Assembly: GCA_040285855.1 (NCBI GenBank)
Contig: JAUFOQ010000005.1
Location: 1,364,001 to 1,428,000, forward strand
DNA: 64,000 bases
Direction: 5' to 3'
Origin: Eukaryota sp. GEM-RC1
Taxonomy: Eukaryota
The notes below the pieces were generated by a model. The model was not told the DNA's origin and made no database searches. It was given only the letters and a program-made list of their open reading frames with translations. Numbering within the stretch: position 1 is the first letter of the stretch; each line of letters starts with the position of its first letter. The position numbers and the translations under genes were made by a program. Of the stretch, positions 48,339-60,599 are shown piece by piece.

Positions 48339-51300
48339 GTGAAGAGATATTTGTGAATGTCATTCTTTTCTTTTCCTTGATCATCTGTAAAGGAATCTCA
48401 ATGGCTCTCATGACTTGCTGTCTGTCAGAGAGAATACTTAGGTCGTTCTCTCACCGCTTCCTTTCATCATTCCTCCTTTCCAAAAATCGTGTAGGGACAA
48501 GATGCTATCCACATTACTCTTTGTTCCATCAACAAGTTCTTTGATCAGTGTATCCTAATAATATAGTAATCGGAATCTCCCTTTGAAATCATCCTTAACC
48601 TTCCAGAATACTTTGGTTACACTCAGACCTACAATCACTCTTCTACTAACTCTTTTTGATACTCTTCCCTATTATTTCCCTCGTACAGCAGAGGAAGCTT
48701 CAGCTACTAGTCCTCTTCTCCCCTGCAGATGTAGGAAATGAATGGGGAGAGTACCAAGATGCTGAGAGAACTCTTTCCTATGTTGACATTATTCTCCCTA
48801 CTTCGTCTTCTCTCTTTGATGAAGTAACTGGACTTAAGGAAATCGAATCACGTTCTGTCGACTGTGATTGTAAATGGCTTTCACATAATTGATGCTATAT
48901 TGTACTGGAAGAAATTTCCGGTACTTTCCTTTTTCATTGTTAGTACAACAATTTTAATTTATATTACTGGTCAACTTATTTAAATATTTAATTATTTAAA
49001 TTTGCCACATGTACAGATTCACTGACATTGTGTGGCGTACCTTGCACTGGTAGAAAAGTGTCGTAACCTAATTGGTCTCGACCATAATGACGTCATCAAT
49101 CGTGGCTATTTCTTGCACACTCACTGACAGTTTGGAGCTTTGTCTGTTACTTCTAGTTCCCTGAAATCTTCAATGACCTAGAGTTAGTGAAAGTTTGCCA
49201 TGTGGATGCTGATGCTTTTCTAAGACCAACATAAGCTTACTGGATAGTGTAATTGAACAGGAAAGATCCAAGAGTCGTCGATGGTTTTCAACCTTAAAAC
49301 TAGATACGAAGTTAAGAAGAAGTGGAAGATCATCATGACAGACGGAAACAATTGTTTATGTTTAAATCTATGTGTAATCAAAATCAAAAATAAGAAATAT
49401 TTAAATTTATTCTAAATAATTAGGATCTTTCCAAAAAGATTCACTGTCTACTCCGCTATCTTCACTGCTCCAGTGTTCACATTCTTCACAATAATGGCAA
49501 CCATGAGCTCCACACAGAGCAACTCCACCATTGCTGCCTCCCATCATATAGTGATGGTAGGCACTTTGGTGTGCTTAGGAGCATTGGGACATTCATGCTC
49601 TTCCGAATGATGGGTTGGTGTTTCATCCCCATCACCGAGCTCTTCCCTCAATCATATCATATGGATCATGATTGGGGACTTCAGTTTCTTTGGCAACTCT
49701 CTTGACATCTGGGAATGGCAAAGTGGATTCAGAATCACGTGGTTCGGCTTCGACTGACAAGATGGCAACTACGCCATCAATGTCAATCACTTCGGTGATT
49801 CATCTGAGAAGCTCACTCACTTGGTAGGCAGGTTTAGCAGTCTTCACGTACTTCGTATAGCTATAGTTAGTGCCTATTTATAGGCTTACCAGTGCATTTT
49901 GGGAAGACCGCTACTTAGAACTCTTCAGTAGAAGTGGTTGTTGTTCAGTTTTCCGGAAGTAAAACAAGGCAACTTCTTTTATTGATGAAGTGGAGGAGAT
50001 AAAACTGATTCGGTGAGTTTGCTGTTAACTTCATTTTATCCACTAATAAATTTACGGTATCTATACTTATTGTAAGTCAGTAATTAAACTAATGGTTAAA
50101 ACAAAAAATACACACAGATTAGTACCAATAATTTAAATAATTTCTAGATCAGCAATAAATGATTGCCGTATTTCAACTAGCAAAATCAATAATTGCCGTA
50201 TGTTACCTGAGAAAAGTAAATTATTTTTACAATAATTTATTGCCGTTATTTAAATGTTTATAATTTTTTCACATCCCTGATCTGGGCAGACGGAAACGAG
50301 ATTGTTATCAAGGAACATCTTTTGCCTAAAATATCCTTGTGGTTACTGTAAAATTTAAAATATAGAGGGTCAGTAGTATTGATGTATGACAGTTTTGGAG
50401 ACAATTTAATGTCTGTTAGAAGAGTATTAACATAAATCTATTTGAAACTTCTAATTGACATAAAGGTAGGTGATTTGGAAAGTTGTAAGCAACTTTGTCA
50501 GTAAAAGAAGAAAATCAAAAGAAAGAGAATTAGAGAGAGATGTTTATTCGGCACCCAAGAGAATTTGTCATTGGTTATCGTCATTTATCTCTAAAATATG
50601 TTTTTGACTGACCAGCATATATATCACTACTTTAGCCACATGCATTTGTATGTCGTACTGTTGCTTTACCACACGGTTTTGAATGGGCATCGATGCTCCT
50701 ATAAACCCACACGACTATACAAGACAAATTTGAAAGACCTATACTGTAAGTAACGAAATCCTCGTACTATAGTTCTGATAACCTTGTGATTTTCAGTTGT
50801 TTACTTGCTAATTCTATAAAACTACAACAATCGTCTCAGTTTAATCAATTCTATTCCATTGATGTGGACAGATGAATCACTTTTAGTGACAGTTTTACAC
50901 ATACCAAATTTGTTCAATTTTGTTACATTTCACTGTATTTACACGATTTTTACTTGTTATTATTGTTAATAAATGTACATGTACCAGTATGTGTTTGTAT
51001 GCTGCTTCTACTGAGTATTGTCACTATAAGATCTTCGTCAGTAAAGGACTTTGTAATGCTGTCACATCTTATTTCTTGTTTTTCTCTATTCCTCATTAAT
51101 TATTGATATCGAGTAGCTCAACTGGACTGAAAGTCATCACATTCGTGCGTATTCTCAAGTCTATATCAGCAAGTGAGTTCAACAAATCTGACTACAGGGA
51201 TATCACTTAACTTCTCAATGAAAAGTTCACAGCTTATGCCATATCCATATTCTGTTTATTCGACCACATCCCCACTTTGTGTGATAGCAGCCGTATTTAA

Positions 51301-51679
51301 TTACATCAAAAACATTACAAGCTTCTGGTTTGGTCTGCAAATTTCCTACTATCATGAGATGACTATTTTAATTCAGCTTTTAGATTATTTTGTCAATTTT
51401 ATATTATGGGACTGATATATTTACTGATTCGGCCACAGTTGGAAAATGCCTATTTAGATTTACAACTGGATGACAGTGCTTGATAGCTCATAATCACATA
51501 TACTTGATATCATCTGCACTCGTGAAGTGATAGTCCTGGTTCAAATAAGATGATAACAGGTAGATAGAAGAGATTTCCACAGTGGTTTAGTAGGAAAACT
51601 ACTTGGTTTGATACTTCAAATGACATAGTAACGTTCGATTGTTCGTTAAATTGGTGAATCTGTGGTATTATTTCAATTC

Positions 51680-52377
51680 AATAGGAAGTTAATTTCTTTT
51701 AATTAAGTTCCCAACTCCAATTGTTCTTTACGTTAAGCTCCTTACTGATATTAGACGAAATGCAGCGATCAATTCCTGGCCTTTTCGTCCCAGTATGGGA
51801 TTGCCTTCTGCAGAAGAAGTTCGGTCGCTACTACAAGATAACAAACCTTTGACTATTGAACACTTCCATGAGCATTGGTTAATTAACAAAGTCGTTGAAC
51901 CCATTCGAAGATCTGGAAATCCAGTTGTAGAACCTGCTTCAGTGGTACTAGATACCAACCACTATTTGGAACAAATTCGAGCCTTACCAGCTCAGCAACA
52001 AGAATTGGTTTTGGCACAAGTGAGAACCTTGTTAGAATCTGCAACCAACGGTCCCAAAGAGCCTTCTGTTGTCAAAAAGGGAGAGGAAGGCCTAAGGGTT
52101 CGAGGAATGTTCGAAGAGAGCCATCGGCACATGAAATTGCATCAGCACCAGCAATTAAACGTAGCAGAGGACGACCATCTGGTAATAAGAATTAGGTAGC
52201 TTTGCTTTAGTTTTATGATCAGTTCTCTATTTATTAGCTATTTTTACCTATATTTTGGTACATTTAGGGTGATGAATAACCATATGGTACAACTAGGGAA
52301 AACTCAAGGACGATATAGATATTTATGGTACATTTAGGAATATCTGGTACATTTAGTGGTGCATTTAGGGTTTATCT
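51680..52377 (+). mobile_element. MULE/Mutator transposase 3' relic, specific to copy B
   Basis: MGLPS.E..PLTIEHFHEHW (SWIM-adjacent pattern), frameshifted GRGRPKGS AT-hook, ggtacatttag terminal repeats. Confidence 0.6.
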
Positions 52378-53809
52378 AGAAATAATCATAGGAATCACTG
52401 ATTCAATAGCTATATTTGAGATTGTAATTAATGCTACATAAAGCGTACTTGTAAAATTTGAATTGAACAATGCTCATCTCAGCTCTAACGTCGTTACATC
52501 ATGCTTGTATATTGTAAAAAGAATACACTTAGGCGAAAAGGATGCGGAACACTTGTTATACAAAGAAACGATATCAGTGTTTGTTCAGATTTAACCACAA
52601 TGGAAATGTAACCTTCTAGAAAACACGAGAGGACTAATAGAAGAACTCTTGCAGGCCCTTAATGAGCAGGTACTTGTAGCACATATTTGAAATCAAGTAG
52701 TCGTTGAAGACTGGTAGCATATACACATATATACAAGAATCACGTGTTAAGATACACGGACATTCATTGAATGAACCAATGATATTGGCATGTACTGTAG
52801 ATCGAGAGGTTCATGGCTCAGTCGAGAGGATGAGCAGAATTCATCAATTACAGATGTGAAAGAAGGAGATTATCTTAATCAAATTAAACAATAAATGCAA
52901 GTGTTTGCGATTGTACTTTGATATTTTGTTTGGTCCTTTCATCAACATGTATACAATCCAAATAAATAATAATGGAAATCAAAGATGGAGCACCAAAATG
53001 TACCGACAACAAAATTGCTGTTTCATCTCAATAAACTGTATTTGGATTAAACATCAGATGGAAAATAAGGTTTATTCATCAATGGTAAATACCACACTTT
53101 TCAATTACTGTGTTTGTGGTGCCAAGAATTCTTAGCGTTACGATTACAACTGTACTTCTGAAATTACTAAAATTACTCTGAGACTTTCTGTAAAAGACTG
53201 AACTTTCGATTTTGAGAACCCTACTTTCAATTGCTGAAAAAGTGACTAAACCTACCCTATGTGACTAGATCTGATACGTAGCTCAAAATAACAGTCTGAT
53301 CACACAAATTGTTCTAAAAACACAACGTTGATATCTCTGTTACATTTTAACCAATTATAGGACAGATAACAGTACTTGAAAAGTGTGTTTTCATAAAAAA
53401 ACGTATTTTGACTGAGAAATTGTGATCTGTTTGTATCGATCAATATTTTTGTACTAACCAGAATAGTTCAATTAAACAACGAAACTGTAGGCATGACATT
53501 GAATTGATCCATGTTGTTCAGCTTTAACCATAGAATTGATCATTTAGAATTTATTAAAGGAATTCCTCCAGAACTAGTAACTCTAGAGTTACAAAAATGA
53601 TCTTCAGGAATTGCTACAGTTACGATTACTGAAAATTTTTAATTGGACACTGTGGTAAATATTTTCTCAGTGAGAAAGAAACGGGGTTTATGATCAATCA
53701 GTTAAATATATGCATTCGCAGAAGTTAATAACTAACAGACACTAACTAAAGTATCTAAACTATGATCCTTCTGTCCATTACCGAACAACTTGCCTAATAT
53801 TGAATTAAA

Positions 53810-54600
53810 ACATCTGTGCATTGAACTAAACAACACAAAAGTTCACCTACTCAACCAAAAATTTTCATTGAACATTTTACCGTACTCAGAACACAATTTA
53901 CCAAAAGAGGTTAAAAAACCTTGTGCAGCTGGTTCAATATTACCACATATCGACATCGCAAAAGGTTGAAACAGAAAAGAATTGTACCTGTCAACATTCA
54001 ATTGGTTTATTAAGTGACAGTACTTTGGTTTTTTTTCCTTTTCCAGCCACTTCAAGAGCAGAAAAATCATCATCAAAAACTTTGGAAATTGATTTTGAGT
54101 TAAAAGGATCAACAGCCGTAAAAAATTTGATAATTTCCTGACAAGATAATCAAGGACCAATCAAATCACCACGACTTCTATCAACTTTTGGCTGATCAGA
54201 AAGATTAGCAAGTAAAGGTTCACTTTTTCCATGAAAACCATTAGCTTTAAACATTTCCAAACATGTATTCCGGATACTGTTGTGAATAATTGATCTAAAA
54301 TGAATGAATTGATGACAGTTAATTAAATAATGAAAATTTGAAGCCCTTGAACGACCACAAAGACATGGAGAATGCTTCAAGAGACCTGAAGGCCAACAAC
54401 CTAACCTAAGTTTCATGTTAATAAGCCATTAATGATCCTTAAGATTTAAACAAAATTTTCTTGGCAAATGAGAAACAAATGAAGATACATAGCCTGAAGA
54501 AATGTCATTCAAAAAAAGCACAAAAAGCGGAACTCTTAGTCTTAGCCAAGCTGATACGGTTTTTAAAGTCCAAGCTTTCGTGAAACAAAACAAACTTCTT
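53810..54600 (-). mobile_element. Decayed CRE-like 3' fragment (different subfamily)
   Basis: CLCG..YLINC..HNSIRN..EP..RGDL and FQPFAMSICG motifs, with frameshifts and stops. Confidence 0.75.
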
Positions 54601-54904
54601 ATGTAACTTGCGAACACACAAAGGCAAAGAGAGAATGTTTGTTGATGAGTACTACTCAATCAGTCTACTCAAATACTCACCGTGCACGGATTTTGAGTAG
54701 TAATCGAGTATTTTCCCATTTGTACACATAGTTTTCATTTTAAATCTGAATCATTTTTGGAGCATTGTTCAGAATATTTTCAACATTTTTAGTTAAACAA
54801 AGAGGGTAACTTCGGTCATCGTGGCCAATCATTTATAAAAAATTGTTTATAAAGTCTGTAGCACATCTTGTGTCAGCAAGATATCAGATTCTTCTTGTTA
54901 CTCA

Positions 54905-55075
54905 TTAACAGCTGCTAGGGCTTTGGTAGAGGCGTTGAAAGTTAATACTACAGTTACAAGTGTTAATCTATGTATTAACTCTATTGGAGATGAAGGTCAT
55001 AGTGCTTTGGCGGGTGTATTAAATGTTATTCCTAGACTTAAAATAGTGGGAGTAAAAGGTCTGAATAAGTCTTAA
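54905..55075 (+). pseudogene. Orphan LRR cassette plus C-terminal cap
   Basis: ARALVEALKVNTTVTSVNLCINSIGDEG..PRLKIVGVKGLNKS*, with no N-terminus. Confidence 0.75.
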
Positions 55076-55684
55076 TATTTTTTATAGTGTTAGATTTAAA
55101 CAACGTCCGGTTCTTCTTCAAATATAAAAGAATTAGCTATGTTTTCAGAGAACCTAAAATATTCGGCTTGAGCCGGCTCAAAATCTTTTTAGCCAGCCGG
55201 CTTGCAGCTGGAAATATTTCTATACTGGACCAGTCGGCTGGCTCGGCTAGCCGGCTCCCATCTCTACTTCCAATCAAGAACTCGACACGGACTGTTAAAT
55301 CAATCAATGTGAAAGGCACTTTGGAATGGTAGATTATTTAGATATTCAATGACTTGACACGTCATCAAAAGGAACAGTCCATTACTATTTCTGATCACTA
55401 TCGCGTTAAAAGCGACAAGATTGTAACAAATAATCGCATTGAATAATTGACATGCTCCCTAATGTTCATATATAGTAGCATTTATACTGAGCACAACAGT
55501 AGGTCACATTTGAAGAAAAGTCTCAGGTTGTCCACAAGAATGATTCATGCATGTACGGATTGAAAGGATTGACTGACAATAGTTCTGGTGACTAGAGAGT
55601 TCGGATGTTCTTGGTTCAAATACCAAGTTAGGGATGTCAGACAGCAGTAAGTTTGAGAAGAATGCAGAAAGTTCTTGTTCTTCA

Positions 55685-57543
55685 ATGCTCACACCTCGCC
55701 CTGAACCATTGTTGAAAAGAGTCGTTCATCCCCTTCCAGTATCCCCTCTGTGATGTCTAACTGTGACGAACTGTCGGTCTTATCTTCATCCCCACTTCCT
55801 CCCTCTAAACGTGTCAATGTTCAGCAGACTTTGTTGATTCTGATCTATCTCCACTTGCTGAGACGTCTTCTCAACCGTACCCTTGAAAATAATCACGATC
55901 GAAATCCTCAACTCCATGATTTGAAAACAGCGTTACCTGCATTCTTTGGACAAGTTGGCTATGTAAGTCATCACTTCCTTGATTCTTCATTCCAAACAGT
56001 TAAAGTCTTTTTTCAGTTATACACTTTTGATTCTGATCTTAAAGACCTCCCCAAACTAATTTCACTTGCGTCTTTCTTTGGAGTGGATCTACAATCTATT
56101 TTCATGTACGCTTTCAGAACCCTAGAAATTGAGAAATTTCTTAATTATTCTGGTATAATTACAGGATTCGGAATATTACTAAAGGAACCCTCTGATTTAG
56201 AGTTTCTAAACAAATCTTCTTCCTTATTTCCACGTCTTAAAGAATTCAAAATAATAGTAGTGGGAGGACTACTACGCACCTCTGTTTCTATGTTATTGAT
56301 TGAAGCGTTGGAAACCAATACTACAATTACAAGTGTTCGCCTGGAGGACAACTATATTGGAGCTGAAGGTGCTAGAGCTTTGGCAGAGGCGTTGAAAATT
56401 AATACTACAGTAACAACTGTTTGTCTAGATGGAAACTCTATTAGCGATGAAGGTGCCAGAGCTTTAGGAGAGGCGTTGAAAGTGAATACTTCAGTTACAA
56501 GTATTGATCTGAAGTACAACTCTATTGGAGATGAAGGTGCCAGAGCTTTAGCAGAGGCGTTGAAAGTGAATACTACAGTTACTGGTATTGATTTGTGTGA
56601 CAACTCTATTGGAGATGAAGGTGCCAGAGCTTTAGGAGAGGCGTTGAAAGTGAATGCTTCAGTTACTAGTATTTATTTGGGTCACAACTCTATTGGAGAT
56701 GAAGGTGCCAGAGCTTTAGGAGAGGCGTTGAAAGTGAATACTTCAGTTACAAGTATTGATTTGTGTAACAACTCTATTGGAGATCAAGGTGCCACAGCTT
56801 TAGGAGAGGCGTTGAAAGTGAATACTTCAGTTACAAGTATTGATCTGAAGTACAACTCTATTGGAGATGAAGGTGCCAGAGCTTTAGCAGAGGCGTTGAA
56901 AGTGAATACTACAGTTACTGGTATTGATTTGTGTGACAACTCTATTGGAGATGAAGGTGCCAGAGCTTTAGGAGAGGCGTTGAAAGTGAATGCTTCAGTT
57001 ACTAGTATTTATTTGGGTCACAACTCTATTGGAGATGAAGGTGCCAGAGCTTTAGGAGAGGCGTTGAAAGTGAATACTTCAGTTACAAGTATTGATTTGT
57101 GTAACAACTCTATTGGAGATCAAGGTGCCACAGCTTTAGGAGAGGCGTTGAAAGTGAATGCTACAGTTACAAGTATTGATCTGAAGTACAACTCTATTGG
57201 AGATGAAGGTGCTAGAGCTTTAGGAGAGGCGTTGAAAGTGAATGCTACAATTTCTAGTCTTGATTTGTGTGACAACTCTATTGGAGATGAAGGTGCCAGA
57301 GCTTTGGCAGAGACGTTGAAAGTTAATACTTCAGTTACAAGTGTTAATCTGTGGGCAAACTATATTGGAGATGAAGGTGCCAGAGCTTTAGGAGAGGCGT
57401 TGAAAGTGAATGCTTCAGTTACTAGTATTGATCTGGAGGATAACTCCATTGGAGCTGAAGGTGCCAGAGCTTTAGGAGAGGCGTTGAAAGTTAATCCTAG
57501 ACTTAAATTAGTGGGAGTAGATGAACTCAATGAGCCAAAATAA
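55685..57543 (+). CDS. LRR protein, second architecture, 14 LRRs; 1-nt deletion in an A run near 55716
   Basis: ATG CTC ACA CCT at 55685 matches the 18186 start (gaaaag here vs gaaaaag). Di-residues ED,DG,KY,CD,GH,CN,KY,CD,GH,CN,KY,CD,WA,ED. Confidence 0.88.
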
Positions 57544-58075
57544 TAAGTTTTCATAGTGTTAGATATAAATATAACAAAACAGTTCATATTTTCTGGCCTT
57601 ATTGGTATGGTGAAGTACTTCTTCTTTTGCAACCAACTGTGCTACTCTTACTACTGGTGTATTGTTAGATGAAAGCGAAGCTGCTTACGTTTTGAATGTT
57701 CATTCAATATTCTTTATGACAAAATTGACACAAAAACGTAAACCTACACGACACTAAATTATTCTACATAATTCCTACACGTGTGTTCGAAATAGATTTT
57801 CGTATTCCTGTATTGAAGTGAGAGGATGAAAATGTCCACGTCGTACAACTCACGAAAGAAAGTAGTGACGGTACAAGAAGCTAGAAGACGATCACAAAGT
57901 CAGAAACGCTCCTACTAAAAACAACGTATCATTCGATTCAAAGACCAAACCAGCGACTGGGAATGAGTGTAAAAGATGTCTGTCACAATTGGCGAGATTT
58001 TTATGCAAAGAAGCAATAGCATGCACAAGCAAGGATATAGTGTGTGTGAGTGAAAATGTGAATTAAGGATCTCAA

Positions 58076-58250
58076 ATGAAAAGCACTGAGTTGAGTAGTC
58101 AATTATTAGAATTTTTCCCTCAACTTGGGTTTTATTTTGTTGCTTTCTGTGGATCTAATTCTGATTTGGTGCTTCATGATTTCTGTTTAAAGTCTCCACC
58201 TGATGTGAAGCAAGGTGATCCACTTGGGCCATTCTTATTATGTTTACATC
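58076..58250 (+). mobile_element. CRE-like RT fragment
   Basis: VKQGDPLGPFLLCL; cut off near the adjacent hAT. Confidence 0.7.
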
Positions 58251-58271
58251 CACAGACGACAGTCTTTTTTG

Positions 58272-59135
58272 TAGGGATGGTAATGGTTTGGTTTGGTTTG
58301 GTTTTGGCTCTCAAAATTTGAACCAAACCAACCCAGAACCACACACGTCTAGACCAAACCAAACCAGCACCACAGACGTCTGAACCAAACCAGAACCACG
58401 AACCATATGGTTCTATTTATTTGTATCAATAGTATTGTGTTTACTTGGAATAATACAATACACATTTTTTCTTACATTTCTGATATACAATATCTTTTGG
58501 GAGAGGAACCTCAATCTCAACCTGAAGCTGAACCCCAACCTGAAGCTCGCCCAACTTCTCCAACGAAGTAAATCGTGGGGAACTACTTCTCGAAAATTGG
58601 CAGCAAGGCAAGATGCTCTTTGTGTCTCCCTAAAATTAGTAATTAAAATCTCCCGAAATCACTAGATATCTTGCGGAAGAAACAATCGGACTGGATAAAG
58701 ATCCATTGGAGTGGTGGTGCTCATCTAGAAATCGTTTTCCGTGGGCTTTCCAAAATTGCAAGGCAATTTCTTGCAATTCAAGCCACATCTCTCCCTTGTG
58801 AACAACTATTTTCTTTGACAGGGATGTACTGTGACCAAATTACGTAATCGATTAAGCCATGATGTTGTACAAGCCTTGATGACTCTGCGATCTTGTCTCA
58901 AAAACAACATTAGATGCTAGTTGATCTATTGTGAAAGCGTAAATAACTACTGTACATATATTAATAAAAATACGGTTTCAAACACTTTTGTTCTTAGGTA
59001 CTTTTATGATGATATGTAGGGAAAATATATGCTGAAGTCATCATGGTTCTGGTTCGGTTCTGGGTTTTAAAGTTGGAACCAAACCAAACCAATCCATTGG
59101 TTTAACCAGAACCATTGGTTTTTCTGCCACCCTTA
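58272..59135 (+). mobile_element. Deleted hAT element (hATC dimerisation remnant)
   Basis: Ends tagggatgg / ccaccctta; AAACC/GAACC subterminal repeats; DPLEWW..R..IARQFLAIQATS..CEQLFS; degenerate TSD cttttttg/cttatatg. Confidence 0.8.
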
Positions 59136-59444
59136 CTTATATGTCAAATAAACCCACAAACTATACTATTGTGCACCTAATGAAATGGACGATGCATGGA
59201 CTAGAACCTATGAGAATCAGCTCTCCAATTCTAAGAGGTTGAGAAGATAGATTTTCGAAACTATTGACAACCAACCACGAAACTAAACTCTTACAACTAT
59301 AATGAAGAGAGTTGAAGCAGAATGAGGGGAAATACGAGTGGTAGGAGCAGATGAACGGTCATTAACTGGATGAATAAGGTAAGCTACTACGGCTTCAAAT
59401 GGAGGATTTGCAATCACCACAGGTTAGTTGAATGAGTAGACAAT

Positions 59445-60432
59445 TCAGCACATCAACAAAGCAGTTGTAGGCGTCAGTTGTAGAGAAGACAACATCATCA
59501 GCACTAGCAGAGTTTCTGAGAACATCTCCGTTACTTCATCAATTATATAAATGTCATCCTCAATGCGTCTTTGATCATTTTCTTCAACAACAATATCTTC
59601 TTCGTGTTCAAAGACTACAGAACCTATTCCTCTTTCTATATCTCCTCCTCTTGGTAACCCGGTCTTATTCCAACAGTTTTGAATCACAGGCTTTGTCACT
59701 CGTTCCCGTACATGATGAGCTTATCTGATAACATCATACAATTTAAACCCTGTCATTGTTATTCGTTTGTCCCTCATGGAGAGATCCAAGAACAATACAG
59801 CCATGCCTTGTTTGTAACAAGATTTGGAAACAACGGATGATGCCCTGGTCTAGCGGTTGTAGGAGACTTGTTGAGTTCGGTGGAAGGAATATGACCTCAA
59901 CATTGCTGAAGCGATCCGTGAGGAGATGTTGTCAACAATTATTAGTATATGTCTGTTCTGCAACTAGAACATCATTTGTTGATTCAGCTCACCACAGTGT
60001 TCTCTCCAAAGCGGTCTAGACATGTATTATTTAGTATTTGCATTGTATATCACATACTCCTTAACAGGCTTTCCTCTGAATGAATATGGACGTTGTGATG
60101 ACGTGTGATTGTCCAATAATCAATACCGGAAATTTCTCCCCTGTTTACTCAGAATGCAATGGTAACTTTTTCTTTGTAGTTCTTTGTTTCATGCAGCTGT
60201 TTTATGGCAGTGATTATTTTTGTTGGAATATTTTTCCAGAACAATACCGTTTCATCAAAATTAAAGACATTATATCGCTCAAAAGGGCAATTTTACGCTT
60301 AACTTCCGTCAATTGTTCTTGGCATTTGGTCAACGCCACTGTTTTCGATTCCCCACAACGCACTTTTTCACTTAAGGCGTGTCGGAGTTTTAACTTCTGC
60401 AGCCAACCATTCGAGGCTTTGAACTCGGCTGA
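59445..60432 (-). mobile_element. pogo/Tigger (CENP-B-like DDE_1) transposase pseudogene
   Basis: EFKASNGWLQK, NVFNFDET.LF, VIFLPPNSTSLLQPLDQGII, IQNCWNKTG; many frameshifts. Confidence 0.85.
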
Positions 60433-60599
60433 TATACCAATTTATTGCAATTTATTGCGATACAATATGTAGATCGGTTTCCCAGGTCTCCAGTTTTCAT
60501 TTTTAGATCAAATCACGATAATGAAAGTAATTTTTGTTATTAATTCAATTATTTGATTTTCAGCATTTTACAATTTCTTAACATTGCATTACATCAACT

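Larger units (their letters stand above)
37504..53662 (+). repeat. Segmental duplication, copy B
   Basis: Colinear paralog of 5632-31325. Confidence 0.9.

Noticed and set aside
49440..49900. Cys/His-rich minus-strand fragment in a segment specific to copy B
   Set aside because: Multiple stops and frameshifts; family not identifiable by eye.
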